Assembly (NCBI GenBank): GCA_964016885.1 | Contig: OZ024744.1 | Coordinates: forward strand, 10,912,001 to 10,976,000 | Reading direction: 5' to 3' | DNA: 64,000 nucleotides | From: Eledone cirrhosa | Lineage: Eukaryota | Shown here: positions 37,801 through 52,400 of the stretch, one piece after another | How positions within the stretch are numbered: the stretch's first letter is position 1 | Layout of the letters: every line of letters starts with the position of its first letter | The notes under the pieces: model-generated | The model's input: the letters and a program-made list of their open reading frames with translations, nothing else | Database searches by the model: none | What the model was told of the DNA's origin: nothing | Translations under genes and position numbers: made by a program

Positions 37801-40800
37801 TTGTACTCCAATATGTCGTGCTTTTGTACTCCAATATGTTTTGCTGTTGTACTCCACTGTGTTGTGTTGTTGAACTCCAATATGTTGTGTTGTTGTTCTC
37901 CAATATTTTGTGCTGTTGTACTCCAATTTGTGTTGTTGTACTCCAATATGTTGTGTTGTTGTACTCCAATATGTTGTGTTGTTGTACTCCAATATGTTGT
38001 GTTGTTATACTCCAATATGTTGTGCTGTTGTACTCCAATATTTCGTGTTGTTGTACTCCAATACGTCGTGTTGTTGTACTCCAATATGTTTTGATGTTGT
38101 ACTCAAATATGTTGTGTTGTTGTACTCCAATATGTTTTGATGTTGTACTCCAATATGTTGTGTTGTTGTACTCCAATATGTTGTGTAGTCGTACTCCAAT
38201 ATGTTGTGTTGTTGTACTCCAATATGCTGTGATGTTGTACTCCAATATGATGTGATGTTGTACTACAATGCGTTGTGTTGTTGTACTCCAATGTGATGTG
38301 TTGTTGTACTCCAATATGTTGTGCCGTTGTACTCCAATATTTTTTATTTTTGTACTCCAATATGTTGTGTTGTTATACTCCAATATGTTGTGTTGTTATA
38401 CTCCAATATGTTGTGCTGTTGTACTCCAAATCTCGTGTTGTTATACTCCAATGTGTTGTGTTGTTATACTCCAATATGGTGTGTTGTTGTAGTCCAATAT
38501 GTTGTATTGTTTTTCTTCCAATATGTCATGTTATACTCCAATATGTTGTGTTCGTGTACTCCAATATGTTGTGTTATTGTACTCCAATATGTTGCGTTGT
38601 TGTACTCCAATATGTTGTGTTGTTATACTCCAATATGTTGTGTTGTTGTACTCCAATATGTTGTGTTGTTATACTCCAATATGTTGTGCTGTTGTACTCC
38701 AATATGTTGTGTTGTTATACTCCAATATGTAGTGTTGTTATACTCCAATATGTTGTGTTGTTGTACTCCAATCTGTTGTGTTGTTATACTCCAATATATT
38801 GTGTTGTTATACTCCAATATGTTGTGTTGTTTTACTCCAATATGTTGTGTTGTTGTACTCCAATATGTTGTATTGTTGTTCTCCAATATGTCATGTTATA
38901 CTCCAATAAGTTGTGTTCTTGTACACCAATATGTTGTGTTGTTGTACTCCAATATGTTGTTTTGTTGTACTCCAATATATCATGTTGTCGTACTCCAATA
39001 TGTCACGTTATACTCCAATATGTCGTTGTTATACTCCAATATGTCATGATGTTGTACTCCAATATGTCGTGTTCTTGTACTCCAATATGTCGTGTTGTCA
39101 TACTCCAATATGTTGTGTTGTTGTACTCCAATATGTTGTGTTGTTGTACTCCAATATGTTGTGTTGTTGTACTCCAATATGTTGTGTTGTTATACTCCAA
39201 TATGTTGTGCTGTTGTACTCCAATATTTCGTGTTGTTGTACTCCAATACATCGTGTTGTACTCCAATATGTTGTGTTGTTATACTCCAATATGTTATGTT
39301 GTTGTACTCCAATATGTCTTGTTGTTGTACTCCAATATGTTTTGATGTTGTACTCCAATATGTTGTGTTGTTGCACTCCAATATGTTTTGATGTTGTACT
39401 CCAATATGTTGTGTTGTTGTACTCCAATATGTTGTGTAGTCGTACTCCAATATGTTGTATTGTTGTACTCTAATATGTTTTGTTGTTATTCTCCAATATG
39501 TTGTGATGTTGTACTCCAATGTGTTGTGTTGTTGTACTCCAATGTGATGTGTTGTTGTACTCCAAAATGTTGTGATGTTGTACTCCAATATTTTTTGTTT
39601 TTTGTACTCCAATATGTTGTGTTGTTATACTCCAATATGCTGTGTTGTTATACTCCAATATGTTGTGCTGTTGTACTCCAAATCTCGTGTTGTTATACTC
39701 CAATGTGTTGTGTTGTTATACTCCAATATGGTGTGTTGTTGTACTCCAATATGTTGTATTGTTTTCTCCAATATGTCATGTTATACTCCAATATGGTGTG
39801 TTCGTGTACGCCAATATGTTGTGTTATTGTACTCCAATATGTTGCGTTGTTGTACTCCAATATGTTGTGTTGTTATACTCCAATATGTCGTGTGGCTGTA
39901 CTCCAATATGTCATGTTGTTGTACTCCAATATGTCTTGTTATAGTCCAATATGTCGTGTTGTTGTACTCCAATATATCATGTAGTTGTACTCCAATATTT
40001 CGTGTTGTTGTACCCCAATATGTAGTGTTGTTTATACTCCAATATGTTTTGCTGTTGTACTCCAATATGTTGTGTTGCTGTACTCCTATATGTTGTGTTG
40101 TTATTCTCCAATATGTTGTGCTGTTGTACTCCAATGTGTTGTGTTGTTATACTCCAATATGTTCTGTTGTTGTACTCCAATATGTTGTGTTGTTGTACTC
40201 CAATATGTTGTGTTGTTGTACTCCAATGTGCTGTGTTGTTGTACTCCAATATGTTGTGTTGTTGTACTCCAATATGTTGTGTTGTTATACTCCAATATGT
40301 TGTGTTGTTATACTCCAATATTTCGTGTGGTTGTACTCCAATATGTCATGGTGTTGTACTTCAATATGTCGTGTTGTTGTACTCCAATATGTTGTCTTGC
40401 TGTACTCCAATCTGTTGTGTTGCTGTACTCCAATGTGTTGTGTTGTTGTACTCCAATATGTTGTGCCGTTGTACTCCAATATGTCATGTTATACTCCAAT
40501 ATGTTGTGTTCGTGTACTCCAATATGTTGTGTTATTGTACTCCAATATGTTGCGTTGTTGTACTCCAATATGTTGTGTTGTTATACTCCAATATGTTGTG
40601 GTGTTGTACTCCAATATGTCATGTTGTTGTACTCCAGTATATCTTGTTATACTCCAATATGTCGTGTTGCTGTACTCCAATATGTCATGATGTTGTACTC
40701 CAATATTTCGTGTCGTTGTACTCCAATATGTCGTGCTTTTGTACTCCAATATGTTTTGCTGTTGTACTCCACTGTGTTGTGTTGTTGAACTCCAATATGT

Positions 40801-43420
40801 TGTGTTGTTGTTCTCCAATATTTTGTGCTGTTGTACTCCAATGTGTTGTGTTGTTATACTCCAATATGTTGTGTTGTGATACTCCAATGTGTTGTGCTGT
40901 TGTAATACAATATGTTATGTTGTACTCCAATATGTTGTGTTGTTATACTCCAATATGTAGTGTTGTTATACTCCAATATGTTGCGTTGTTGTACCCCAAT
41001 ATGTCGTGTTGATTATACTACAATTTTTGTTGCTGTTGTACTCCAATATGTTGTGTTGTTGTACTCTAATATGTTGTGTTGTTATTCTCCAATATGTTGT
41101 GCTGTTGTACTCCAATGTGTTATGTTGTTATACTCCAATATGTTGTGCTGTGATACTCCAATATGTTGTGTTGTTGTACTCCAATCTGTTGTGTTGTTAT
41201 ACTCCAATATATTGTGTTGTTATACTCCAATATGTTGCGTTGTTTTACTCCAATATGTTGTGTTGTTGTACTCCAATATGTTGTGTTGTAGTACTCCAAT
41301 ATGTTGTGTTGTTGTAATCCAATATCTTGTGTTGTTATACTCCAATATGTTGTGTTGTTGTACTCCAATATGTTGTGTTGTTATACTCCAATATGTTGTG
41401 TTATGATACTCCAATATGTTGTGCTGTTGTACTCCAAATCTCGTGTTGTTATACTCCAATGTGTTGTGTTGTTATACTCCAATATGGTGTGTTGTTGTAC
41501 TCCAATATTTTGTGTTGTCGTACTCCAATATGTGATGTTGTACTCCAATATGTCCTGTTGTTATACTCCAATATGTTGTGTTGTTATACTCCAATATGTC
41601 ATGGTGTTGTACTTCAATATGTCGTGTTGTTGTACTCCAATATGTTGTGTTGTTGTACTCCAATACGCGATGTTGTTGTACTCCAATATGTTGTGTTGTT
41701 TTACTCCAATATCTTGTGTTGTTATACTCCAATATGTTGTGTTGTTATACTCCAATATGTTGTGTTTTTGTACTCCAACATGTTGTGCTGTTGTACTCCA
41801 ATATGATGTGTTGTTGTACTCCAATATGATGTGCTGTTGTACTCCAATGTGTTGTGTTGTTGTACTCCAATATGTTGTGCCGTTGTACTCCAATATTTTT
41901 TTGTTTTTGTACTCCAATATGTTGTGTTTTTATACTCCAATATGTTGTGTTGGTGTACTCCAATATGGTGTGCTGTTGTACTCCAAATCTCGTGTTGTTA
42001 TACTCCAATGTGTTGTGTTGTTATACTCCAATATGGTGTGTTGTTGTACTCCAATATGTTGTATTGTTTTTCTCCAATATGTCATGTTATACTCCAATAT
42101 GTTGTGTTCGTGTACTCCAATATGTTGTGTTATTGTACTCCAATATGTTGCGTTCTTGTACTCCAATATGTTGTGTTGTTATACTCCAATATGTTGTGTT
42201 GTTGTACTCCAATATGTTGTTTTGTTGTACTCCAATATGTCATGTTGTTGTACTCCAGTATGTCTTGTTATACTCCAATATGTCGTGTTGCTGTATTCCA
42301 ATATGTTGTGTTGTTATTCTCCAATATGTTGTGCTGTTGTACTCCAATGTGTTATGTTGTTATACTCCAATATGTTGTGCTGTGCTACTTCAATATATTG
42401 TGTTGTTGTACTCCAATGTGTTGTGTTGTTATACTCCAATATGTTGTGTTGTTATACTCCAATATGTTGTGTTGTTATACTCCAATATGTTGTGTTGTTG
42501 TACTCCAATATGTTGTGTTGTGATACTCCAATATGTTGTGCTTTTGTACTCCAATATGTTGAGTTGTTATACTCCAATATGTAGTGTTGTTATACTTCAA
42601 TATGTTGTGTTGTTGTACTCCAATATGTTGTGTTGTTGTACTCCAATATGTTGTGTTGTTGTACTCCAACATGTTGTGTTGTTGTACTCCAATATGTGAT
42701 ATTGTTGTACTCCAATATGTCGCGTTGTTGTACTCCAATATGTTGTGTTGTTATACTCCAATATTTCGTGTTGTTTTACTACAATATGTCATGTTTTTGT
42801 ACTCCAGTATGTCTTGTTATACTCCAATATGTCGTGTTGCTGTACTCCAATATGTCATGCTGTTGTACTCCAATATGTTTTGCTGTTGTACTCCACTGTG
42901 TTGTGTTGTTGAACTCCAATATGTTGTGTTGTTGTTCTCCAATATTTTGTGCTGTTGTACTCCAATTTGTGTTGTTGTACTCCAATATGTTGTGTTGTTG
43001 TACTCCAATATGTTGTGTTGTTGTACTCCAATATGTTGTGTTGTTTTACTCCAATATGTTGTGCTGTTGTACTCCAATATTTCGTGTTGTTGTACTCCAA
43101 TATGTTTTGATGTTGTACTCAAATATGTTGTGCTGTTGTACTCCAATATGTTTTGATGTTGTACTCCAATATGTTGTGTTGTTGTACTCCAATATGTTGT
43201 GTAGTCGTACTCCAATATGTTGTGTTGTTGTACTCCAATATGCTGTGATGTTGTACTCCAATATGATGTGATGTTGTACTCCAATGCGTTGTGTTGTTGT
43301 ACTCCAATGTGATGTGTTGTTGTACTCCAATATGTTGTGCCGTTGTACTCCAATATTTTTTATATTTGTACTCCAATATGTTGTGTTGTTATACTCCAAT
43401 ATGTTGTGTTGTTATACTCC
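22898..43420. repeat. 20,523-bp higher-order repeat, copy 1 (phase arbitrary)
   Basis: ORF-track entries recur at +20,523 with identical translations, e.g. 23858/44381, 26238/46761, 36657/57180 and 41301/61824. Confidence 0.95.
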
Positions 43421-46400
43421 AATATGTTGTGCTGTTGTACTCCAAATCTCGTGTTGTTATACTCCAATGTGTTGTGTTGTTATACTCCAATATGGTGTGT
43501 TGTTGTAGTCCAATATGTTGTATTGTTTTTTTCCAATATGTCATGTTATACTCCAATATGTTGTGTTCGTGTACTCCAATATGTTGTGTTATTGTACTCC
43601 AATATGTTGCGTTGTTGTACTCCAATATGTCTTGTTATACTCCAATATGTCGTGTGGCTGTACTCCAATATGTCATGTTGTTGTACTCCAATATGTCTTG
43701 TTATAGTCCAATATGTCGTGTTGTTGTACTCCAATATGTCATGTAGTTGTATTCCAATATTTCGTGTTGTTGTACCCCAATATGTCGTGTTGTTTATACT
43801 CCAATATGTTTTGCTGTTGTACTCCAATATGTTGTGTTGCTGTATTCCAATATGTTGTGTTGTTATTCTCCAATATGTTGTGCTGTTGTACTCCAATGTG
43901 TTATGTTGTTATACTCCAATATGTTGTGCTGTGCTACTCCAATATATTGTGTTGTTGTACTCCAATGTGTTGTGTTGTTATACTCCAATATGTTGTGTTG
44001 ATTTACTCCAATATGTTGTGTTGTTGTACTCCAATCTGTTGTGTTGTTATACTCCAATATGTTGTGTTGTTATACTCCAATATGTTGTGTTGTTTTACTC
44101 CAATATGTTGTGTTGTTGTACTCCAATATGTTGTGTTGTTGTACTCCAATATGTTGTGTTGTTGTAATCCAATATCTTGTGTTGTTATACTCCAATATGT
44201 TGTGTTGTACTCCAATATGTTGTGTTGTTATACTCCAATATGTTGTGTTGTGATACTCCAATATGTTGTGCTGTTGTACTCCAATATGTTGTGTTGTTAT
44301 ACTCCAATATGTTGTGTTGTTTTACTCCAATATGTTGTGTTGTTGTACTCCAATATGTTGTATTGTTGTTCTCCAATATGTCATGTTATACTCCAGTAAG
44401 TTGTGTTCTTGTACTCCAATATGTTGTGTTGTTGTACTGCAATATATAATGTTGTCGTACTCCAATATGTCATGTTATACTCCAATATGTCGTTGTTATA
44501 CTCCAATATGTCATGTTGTTGTACTCCAATATGTCGTATTGTTGTACTCCAATATGTTTTGATGTTGTACTCCAATATGTTGTATTGTTGTACTCCAATA
44601 TGTTGTGTAGTCGTACTCCAATATGTTGTATTGTTATACTCCAATATGTTGTGCTGTTGTACTCCAATATGTTCTGTTGTTGTACTCCAATATATTGTGT
44701 TGTTGTACTCCAATACGTCGTGTTGTTGTACTCCAATAGGTCGTGTTGTTGTACTCCAATATGTTGTGTTGTTGTACTCCAATATGTTGTGTTGTTGTAC
44801 TCCAATATGTTGTGTTGTTATACTCCAATATGTTATGTTGTTGTACTCCAATATGTCATGTTGTTGTACTCCAATATGTTTGATGTTGTACTCCAATATG
44901 TTGTGTTGTTGTACTCCAATATGTTCTGGTGTTGTACTCCAATATGTTGTGTTGTTGTACTCCAATATGTTGTGTAGTCGTACTCCAATATGTTGTGTTG
45001 TTGTACTCCAATATGCTGTGATGTTGTACTCCAATATGATGTGCTGTTGTACTCCAATGCGTTGTGTTGTTGTACTCCAATATGCTGTGTTGTTATACTC
45101 CAATATGTTGTGTTGTTGTACTCCAATATGTTGTGTTGTTGTACTCCAATATGTTGTGTTGTTGTAATCCAATATCTTGTGTTGTTATACTCCAATATGT
45201 TGTGCTGTTGTACTCCAATATGTTGAGTTGTTATACTCCAATATGTAGTGTTGTTATACTCCAATATGTTGTGTTGTTGTACTCCAATCTGTTGCGTTAT
45301 ACTCCAATATGTTGTGTTGTTATACTCCAATATGTTGTGTTGTTATACTCCAATATGTTGTGTTGTTTTACTCCAATATGTTGTATTGTTGATCTCCAAT
45401 ATGTCATATTATACTCCAATAAGTTGTGTTCTTGTACTCCAATATGTGTTGTTGTTGTACTCCAATATGTTGCGTTGTTGTACTCCAATATATCATGTTG
45501 TCGTACTCCAATATGTCATGTTATACTCCAATATGTTTTGATGCTGTACTCCAATATGTTGTGTTGTTGTACTACAATATGCTGTGTTGTTGTACTCCAA
45601 TATGTTGTGTTGTTATACTCCAATATGTTGTGCTGTTGTACTCCAATTTGTTGTGTTGTTATACTCCAATATGTAGTGTTGTTATACTCCAATATGTTGT
45701 GTTGTTGTACTCCAATCTGTTGTGTTGTTATACTCCAATATATTGTGTTGTTATACTCCAATATGTTGTGTTGTTTTACTCCAATATGTTGTGTTGTACT
45801 CCAATATGTTGTATTGTTGTTCTCCAATATGTCATGTTATACTCCAATAAGTTGTGTTCTTGTACTCCAATATGTTGTGTTGTTGTACTCCAATATGTTG
45901 TTTTGTTGTACTCCAATATATCATGTTGTCGTACTCCAATATGTCACGTTATACTCCAATATGTCGTTGTTATACTCCAATATGTCATGATGTTGTACTC
46001 CAATGTGTCGTGTACTTGTACTCCAATATGTCGTGTTGTCGTACTCCAATATGTTGTGTTGTTGTACTCCAATATGTTGTGCTGTTGTACTCCAATATGT
46101 TGTGTTGTTGTACTCCAATATGTTGTGTTGTTATACTCCAATATGTTATGTTGTTGTACTCCAATATGTCTTGTTGTTGTACTCCAATATGTTTTGATGT
46201 TGTACTCCAATATGTTGTGTTGTTGCACTCCAATATGTTTTGATATTGTACTCCAATATGTTGTGTTGTTGTACTCCAATATGTTGTGTAGTCGTACTCC
46301 AATATGTTGTGTTGTTGTACTCTAATATGTTTTGTTGTTATTCTCCAATATGTTGTGATGTTGTACTCCAATGTGTTGTGTTGTTGTACTCCAATGTGAT

Positions 46401-49400
46401 GTGTTGTTGTACTCCAAAATGTTATGCTGTTGTACTCCAATATTTTTTTGTTTTTTGTACTCCAATATGTTGTGTTGTTATACTCCAATATGTTGTGTTG
46501 TTATACTCCAATATGTTGTGCTGTTGTACTCCAAATCTCGTGTTGTTATACTCCAATGTGTTGTGTTGTTATACTCCAATATGGTGTGTTGTTGTACTCC
46601 AATATGTTGTATTGTTTTCTCCAATATGTCATGTTATACTCCAATATGGTGTGTTCGTGTACGCCAATATGTTGTGTTATTGTACTCCAATATGTTGCGT
46701 TGTTGTACTCCAATATGTTGTGTTGTTATACTCCAATATGTCGTGTGACTGTACTCCAATATGTCATGTTGTTGTACTCCAATATGTCTTGTTATAGTCC
46801 AATATGTCGTGTTGTTGTACTCCAATATATCATGTAGTTGTACTCCAATATTTCGTGTTGTTGTACCCCAATATGTAGTGTTGTTTATACTCCAATATGT
46901 TTTGCTGTTGTACTCCAATATGTTGTGTTGCTGTACTCCTATATGTTGTGTTGTTATTCTCCAATATGTTGTGCTGTTGTACTCCAATGTGTTGTGTTGT
47001 TATACTCCAATATGTTCTGTTGTTGTACTCCAATATGTTGTGTTGTTGTACTCCAATATGTTGTGTTGTTGTACTCCAATGTGCTGTGTTGTTGTACTCC
47101 AATATGTTGTGTTGTTGTACTCCAATATGTTGTGTTGTTGTACTCCAATATGTTGTGTTGTTATACTCCAATATTTCGTGTGGTTGTACTCCAATATGTC
47201 ATGGTGTTGTACTTCAATATGTCGTGTTGTTGTACTCCAATATGTTGTCTTGCTGTACTCCAATCTGTTGTGTTGTTGTACTCCAATGTGTTGTGTTGTT
47301 GTACTCCAATATGTTGTGCCGTTGTACTCCAATATGTCATGTTATACTCCAATATGTTGTGTTCGTGTACTCCAATATGTTGTGTTATTGTACTCCAATA
47401 TGTTGCGTTGTTGTACTCCAATATGTTGTGTTGTTATACTCCAATATGTTGTGTTGTTGTACTCCAATATGTCATGTTGTTGTACTCCAGTATGTCTTGT
47501 TATACTCCAATATGTCGTGTTGCTGTACTCCAATATGTCATGCTGTTGTACTCCAATATTTCGTGTCGTTGTACTCCAATATGTCGTGCTTTTGTACTCC
47601 AATATGTTTTGCTGTTGTACTCCACTGTGTTGTGTTGTTGAACTCCAATATGTTGTGTTGTTGTTCTCCAATATTTTGTGCTGTTGTACTCCAATTTGTG
47701 TTGTTGTACTCCAATATGTTGTGTTGTTGTACTCCAATATGTTGTGTTGTTGTACTCCAATATGTTGTGTTGTTATACTCCAATATGTTGTGCTGTTGTA
47801 CTCCAATATTTCGTGTTGTTGTACTCCAATACGTCGTGTTGTTGTACTCCAATATGTTTTGATGTTGTACTCAAATATGTTGTGTTGTTGTACTCCAATA
47901 TGTTTTGATGTTGTACTCCAATATGTTGTGTTGTTGTACTCCAATATGTTGTGTAGTCGTACTCCAATATGTTGTGTTGTTGTACTCCAATATGCTGTGA
48001 TGTTGTACTCCAATATGATGTGATGTTGTACTACAATGCGTTGTGTTGTTGTACTCCAATGTGATGTGTTGTTGTACTCCAATATGTTGTGCCGTTGTAC
48101 TCCAATATTTTTTATTTTTGTACTCCAATATGTTGTGTTGTTATACTCCAATATGTTGTGTTGTTATACTCCAATATGTTGTGCTGTTGTACTCCAAATC
48201 TCGTGTTGTTATACTCCAATGTGTTGTGTTGTTATACTCCAATATGGTGTGTTGTTGTAGTCCAATATGTTGTATTGTTTTTCTTCCAATATGTCATGTT
48301 ATACTCCAATATGTTGTGTTCGTGTACTCCAATATGTTGTGTTATTGTACTCCAATATGTTGCGTTGTTGTACTCCAATATGTTGTGTTGTTATACTCCA
48401 ATATGTTGTGTTGTTGTACTCCAATATGTTGTGTTGTTATACTCCAATATGTTGTGCTGTTGTACTCCAATATGTTGTGTTGTTATACTCCAATATGTAG
48501 TGTTGTTATACTCCAATATGTTGTGTTGTTGTACTCCAATCTGTTGTGTTGTTATACTCCAATATATTGTGTTGTTATACTCCAATATGTTGTGTTGTTT
48601 TACTCCAATATGTTGTGTTGTTGTACTCCAATATGTTGTATTGTTGTTCTCCAATATGTCATGTTATACTCCAATAAGTTGTGTTCTTGTACACCAATAT
48701 GTTGTGTTGTTGTACTCCAATATGTTGTTTTGTTGTACTCCAATATATCATGTTGTCGTACTCCAATATGTCACGTTATACTCCAATATGTCGTTGTTAT
48801 ACTCCAATATGTCATGATGTTGTACTCCAATATGTCGTGTTCTTGTACTCCAATATGTCGTGTTGTCATACTCCAATATGTTGTGTTGTTGTACTCCAAT
48901 ATGTTGTGTTGTTGTACTCCAATATGTTGTGTTGTTGTACTCCAATATGTTGTGTTGTTATACTCCAATATGTTGTGCTGTTGTACTCCAATATTTCGTG
49001 TTGTTGTACTCCAATACATCGTGTTGTACTCCAATATGTTGTGTTGTTATACTCCAATATGTTATGTTGTTGTACTCCAATATGTCTTGTTGTTGTACTC
49101 CAATATGTTTTGATGTTGTACTCCAATATGTTGTGTTGTTGCACTCCAATATGTTTTGATGTTGTACTCCAATATGTTGTGTTGTTGTACTCCAATATGT
49201 TGTGTAGTCGTACTCCAATATGTTGTATTGTTGTACTCTAATATGTTTTGTTGTTATTCTCCAATATGTTGTGATGTTGTACTCCAATGTGTTGTGTTGT
49301 TGTACTCCAATGTGATGTGTTGTTGTACTCCAAAATGTTGTGATGTTGTACTCCAATATTTTTTGTTTTTTGTACTCCAATATGTTGTGTTGTTATACTC

Positions 49401-52400
49401 CAATATGCTGTGTTGTTATACTCCAATATGTTGTGCTGTTGTACTCCAAATCTCGTGTTGTTATACTCCAATGTGTTGTGTTGTTATACTCCAATATGGT
49501 GTGTTGTTGTACTCCAATATGTTGTATTGTTTTCTCCAATATGTCATGTTATACTCCAATATGTTGTGTTCGTGTACGCCAATATGTTGTGTTATTGTAC
49601 TCCAATATGTTGCGTTGTTGTACTCCAATATGTTGTGTTGTTATACTCCAATATGTCGTGTGGCTGTACTCCAATATGTCATGTTGTTGTACTCCAATAT
49701 GTCTTGTTATAGTCCAATATGTCGTGTTGTTGTACTCCAATATATCATGTAGTTGTACTCCAATATTTCGTGTTGTTGTACCCCAATATGTAGTGTTGTT
49801 TATACTCCAATATGTTTTGCTGTTGTACTCCAATATGTTGTGTTGCTGTACTCCTATATGTTGTGTTGTTATTCTCCAATATGTTGTGCTGTTGTACTCC
49901 AATGTGTTGTGTTGTTATACTCCAATATGTTCTGTTGTTGTACTCCAATATGTTGTGTTGTTGTACTCCAATATGTTGTGTTGTTGTACTCCAATGTGCT
50001 GTGTTGTTGTACTCCAATATGTTGTGTTGTTGTACTCCAATATGTTGTGTTGTTATACTCCAATATTTCGTGTGGTTGTACTCCAATATGTCATGGTGTT
50101 GTACTTCAATATGTCGTGTTGTTGTACTCCAATATGTTGTCTTGCTGTACTCCAATCTGTTGTGTTGTTGTACTCCAATGTGTTGTGTTGTTATACTCCA
50201 ATATGTTGTGCCGTTGTACTCCAATATGTCATGTTATACTCCAATATGTTGTGTTCGTGTACTCCAATATGTTGTGTTATTGTACTCCAATATGTTGCGT
50301 TGTTGTACTCCAATATGTTGTGTTGTTATACTCCAATATGTTGTGTTGTTGTACTCCAATATGTCATGTTGTTGTACTCCAGTATGTCTTGTTATACTCC
50401 AATATGTCGTGTTGCTGTACTCCAATATGTCATGCTGTTGTACTCCAATATTTCGTGTCGTTGTACTCCAATATGTCGTGCTTTTGTACTCCAATATGTT
50501 TTGCTGTTGTACTCCACTGTGTTGTGTTGTTGAACTCCAATATGTTGTGTTGTTGTTCTCCAATATTTTGTGCTGTTGTACTCCAATTTGTGTTGTTGTA
50601 CTCCAATATGTTGTGTTGTTGTACTCCAATATGTTGTGTTGTTGTACTCCAATATGTTGTGTTGTTATACTCCAATATGTTGTGCTGTTGTACTCCAATA
50701 TTTCGTGTTGTTGTACTCCAATACGTCGTGTTGTTGTACTCCAATATGTTTTGATGTTGTACTCAAATATGTTGTGTTGTTGTACTCCAATATGTTTTGA
50801 TGTTGTACTCCAATATGTTGTGTTGTTGTACTCCAATATGTTGTGTAGTCGTACTCCAATATGTTGTGTTGTTGTACTCCAATATGCTGTGATGTTGTAC
50901 TCCAATATGATGTGATGTTGTACTACAATGCGTTGTGTTGTTGTACTCCAATGTGATGTGTTGTTGTACTCCAATATGTTGTGCCGTTGTACTCCAATAT
51001 TTTTTATTTTTGTACTCCAATATGTTGTGTTGTTATACTCCAATATGTTGTGTTGTTATACTCCAATATGTTGTGCTGTTGTACTCCAAATCTCGTGTTG
51101 TTATACTCCAATGTGTTGTGTTGTTATACTCCAATATGGTGTGTTGTTGTAGTCCAATATGTTGTATTGTTTTTCTTCCAATATGTCATGTTATACTCCA
51201 ATATGTTGTGTTCGTGTACTCCAATATGTTGTGTTATTGTACTCCAATATGTTGCGTTGTTGTACTCCAATATGTTGTGTTGTTATACTCCAATATGTTG
51301 TGTTGTTGTACTCCAATATGTTGTGTTGTTATACTCCAATATGTTGTGCTGTTGTACTCCAATATGTTGTGTTGTTATACTCCAATATGTAGTGTTGTTA
51401 TACTCCAATATGTTGTGTTGTTGTACTCCAATCTGTTGTGTTGTTATACTCCAATATATTGTGTTGTTATACTCCAATATGTTGTGTTGTTTTACTCCAA
51501 TATGTTGTGTTGTTGTACTCCAATATGTTGTATTGTTGTTCTCCAATATGTCATGTTATACTCCAATAAGTTGTGTTCTTGTACACCAATATGTTGTGTT
51601 GTTGTACTCCAATATGTTGTTTTGTTGTACTCCAATATATCATGTTGTCGTACTCCAATATGTCACGTTATACTCCAATATGTCGTTGTTATACTCCAAT
51701 ATGTCATGATGTTGTACTCCAATATGTCGTGTTCTTGTACTCCAATATGTCGTGTTGTCATACTCCAATATGTTGTGTTGTTGTACTCCAATATGTTGTG
51801 TTGTTGTACTCCAATATGTTGTGTTGTTGTACTCCAATATGTTGTGTTGTTATACTCCAATATGTTGTGCTGTTGTACTCCAATATTTCGTGTTGTTGTA
51901 CTCCAATACATCGTGTTGTACTCCAATATGTTGTGTTGTTATACTCCAATATGTTATGTTGTTGTACTCCAATATGTCTTGTTGTTGTACTCCAATATGT
52001 TTTGATGTTGTACTCCAATATGTTGTGTTGTTGCACTCCAATATGTTTTGATGTTGTACTCCAATATGTTGTGTTGTTGTACTCCAATATGTTGTGTAGT
52101 CGTACTCCAATATGTTGTATTGTTGTACTCTAATATGTTTTGTTGTTATTCTCCAATATGTTGTGATGTTGTACTCCAATGTGTTGTGTTGTTGTACTCC
52201 AATGTGATGTGTTGTTGTACTCCAAAATGTTGTGATGTTGTACTCCAATATTTTTTTGTTTTTTGTACTCCAATATGTTGTGTTGTTATACTCCAATATG
52301 CTGTGTTGTTATACTCCAATATGTTGTGCTGTTGTACTCCAAATCTCGTGTTGTTATACTCCAATGTGTTGTGTTGTTATACTCCAATATGGTGTGTTGT

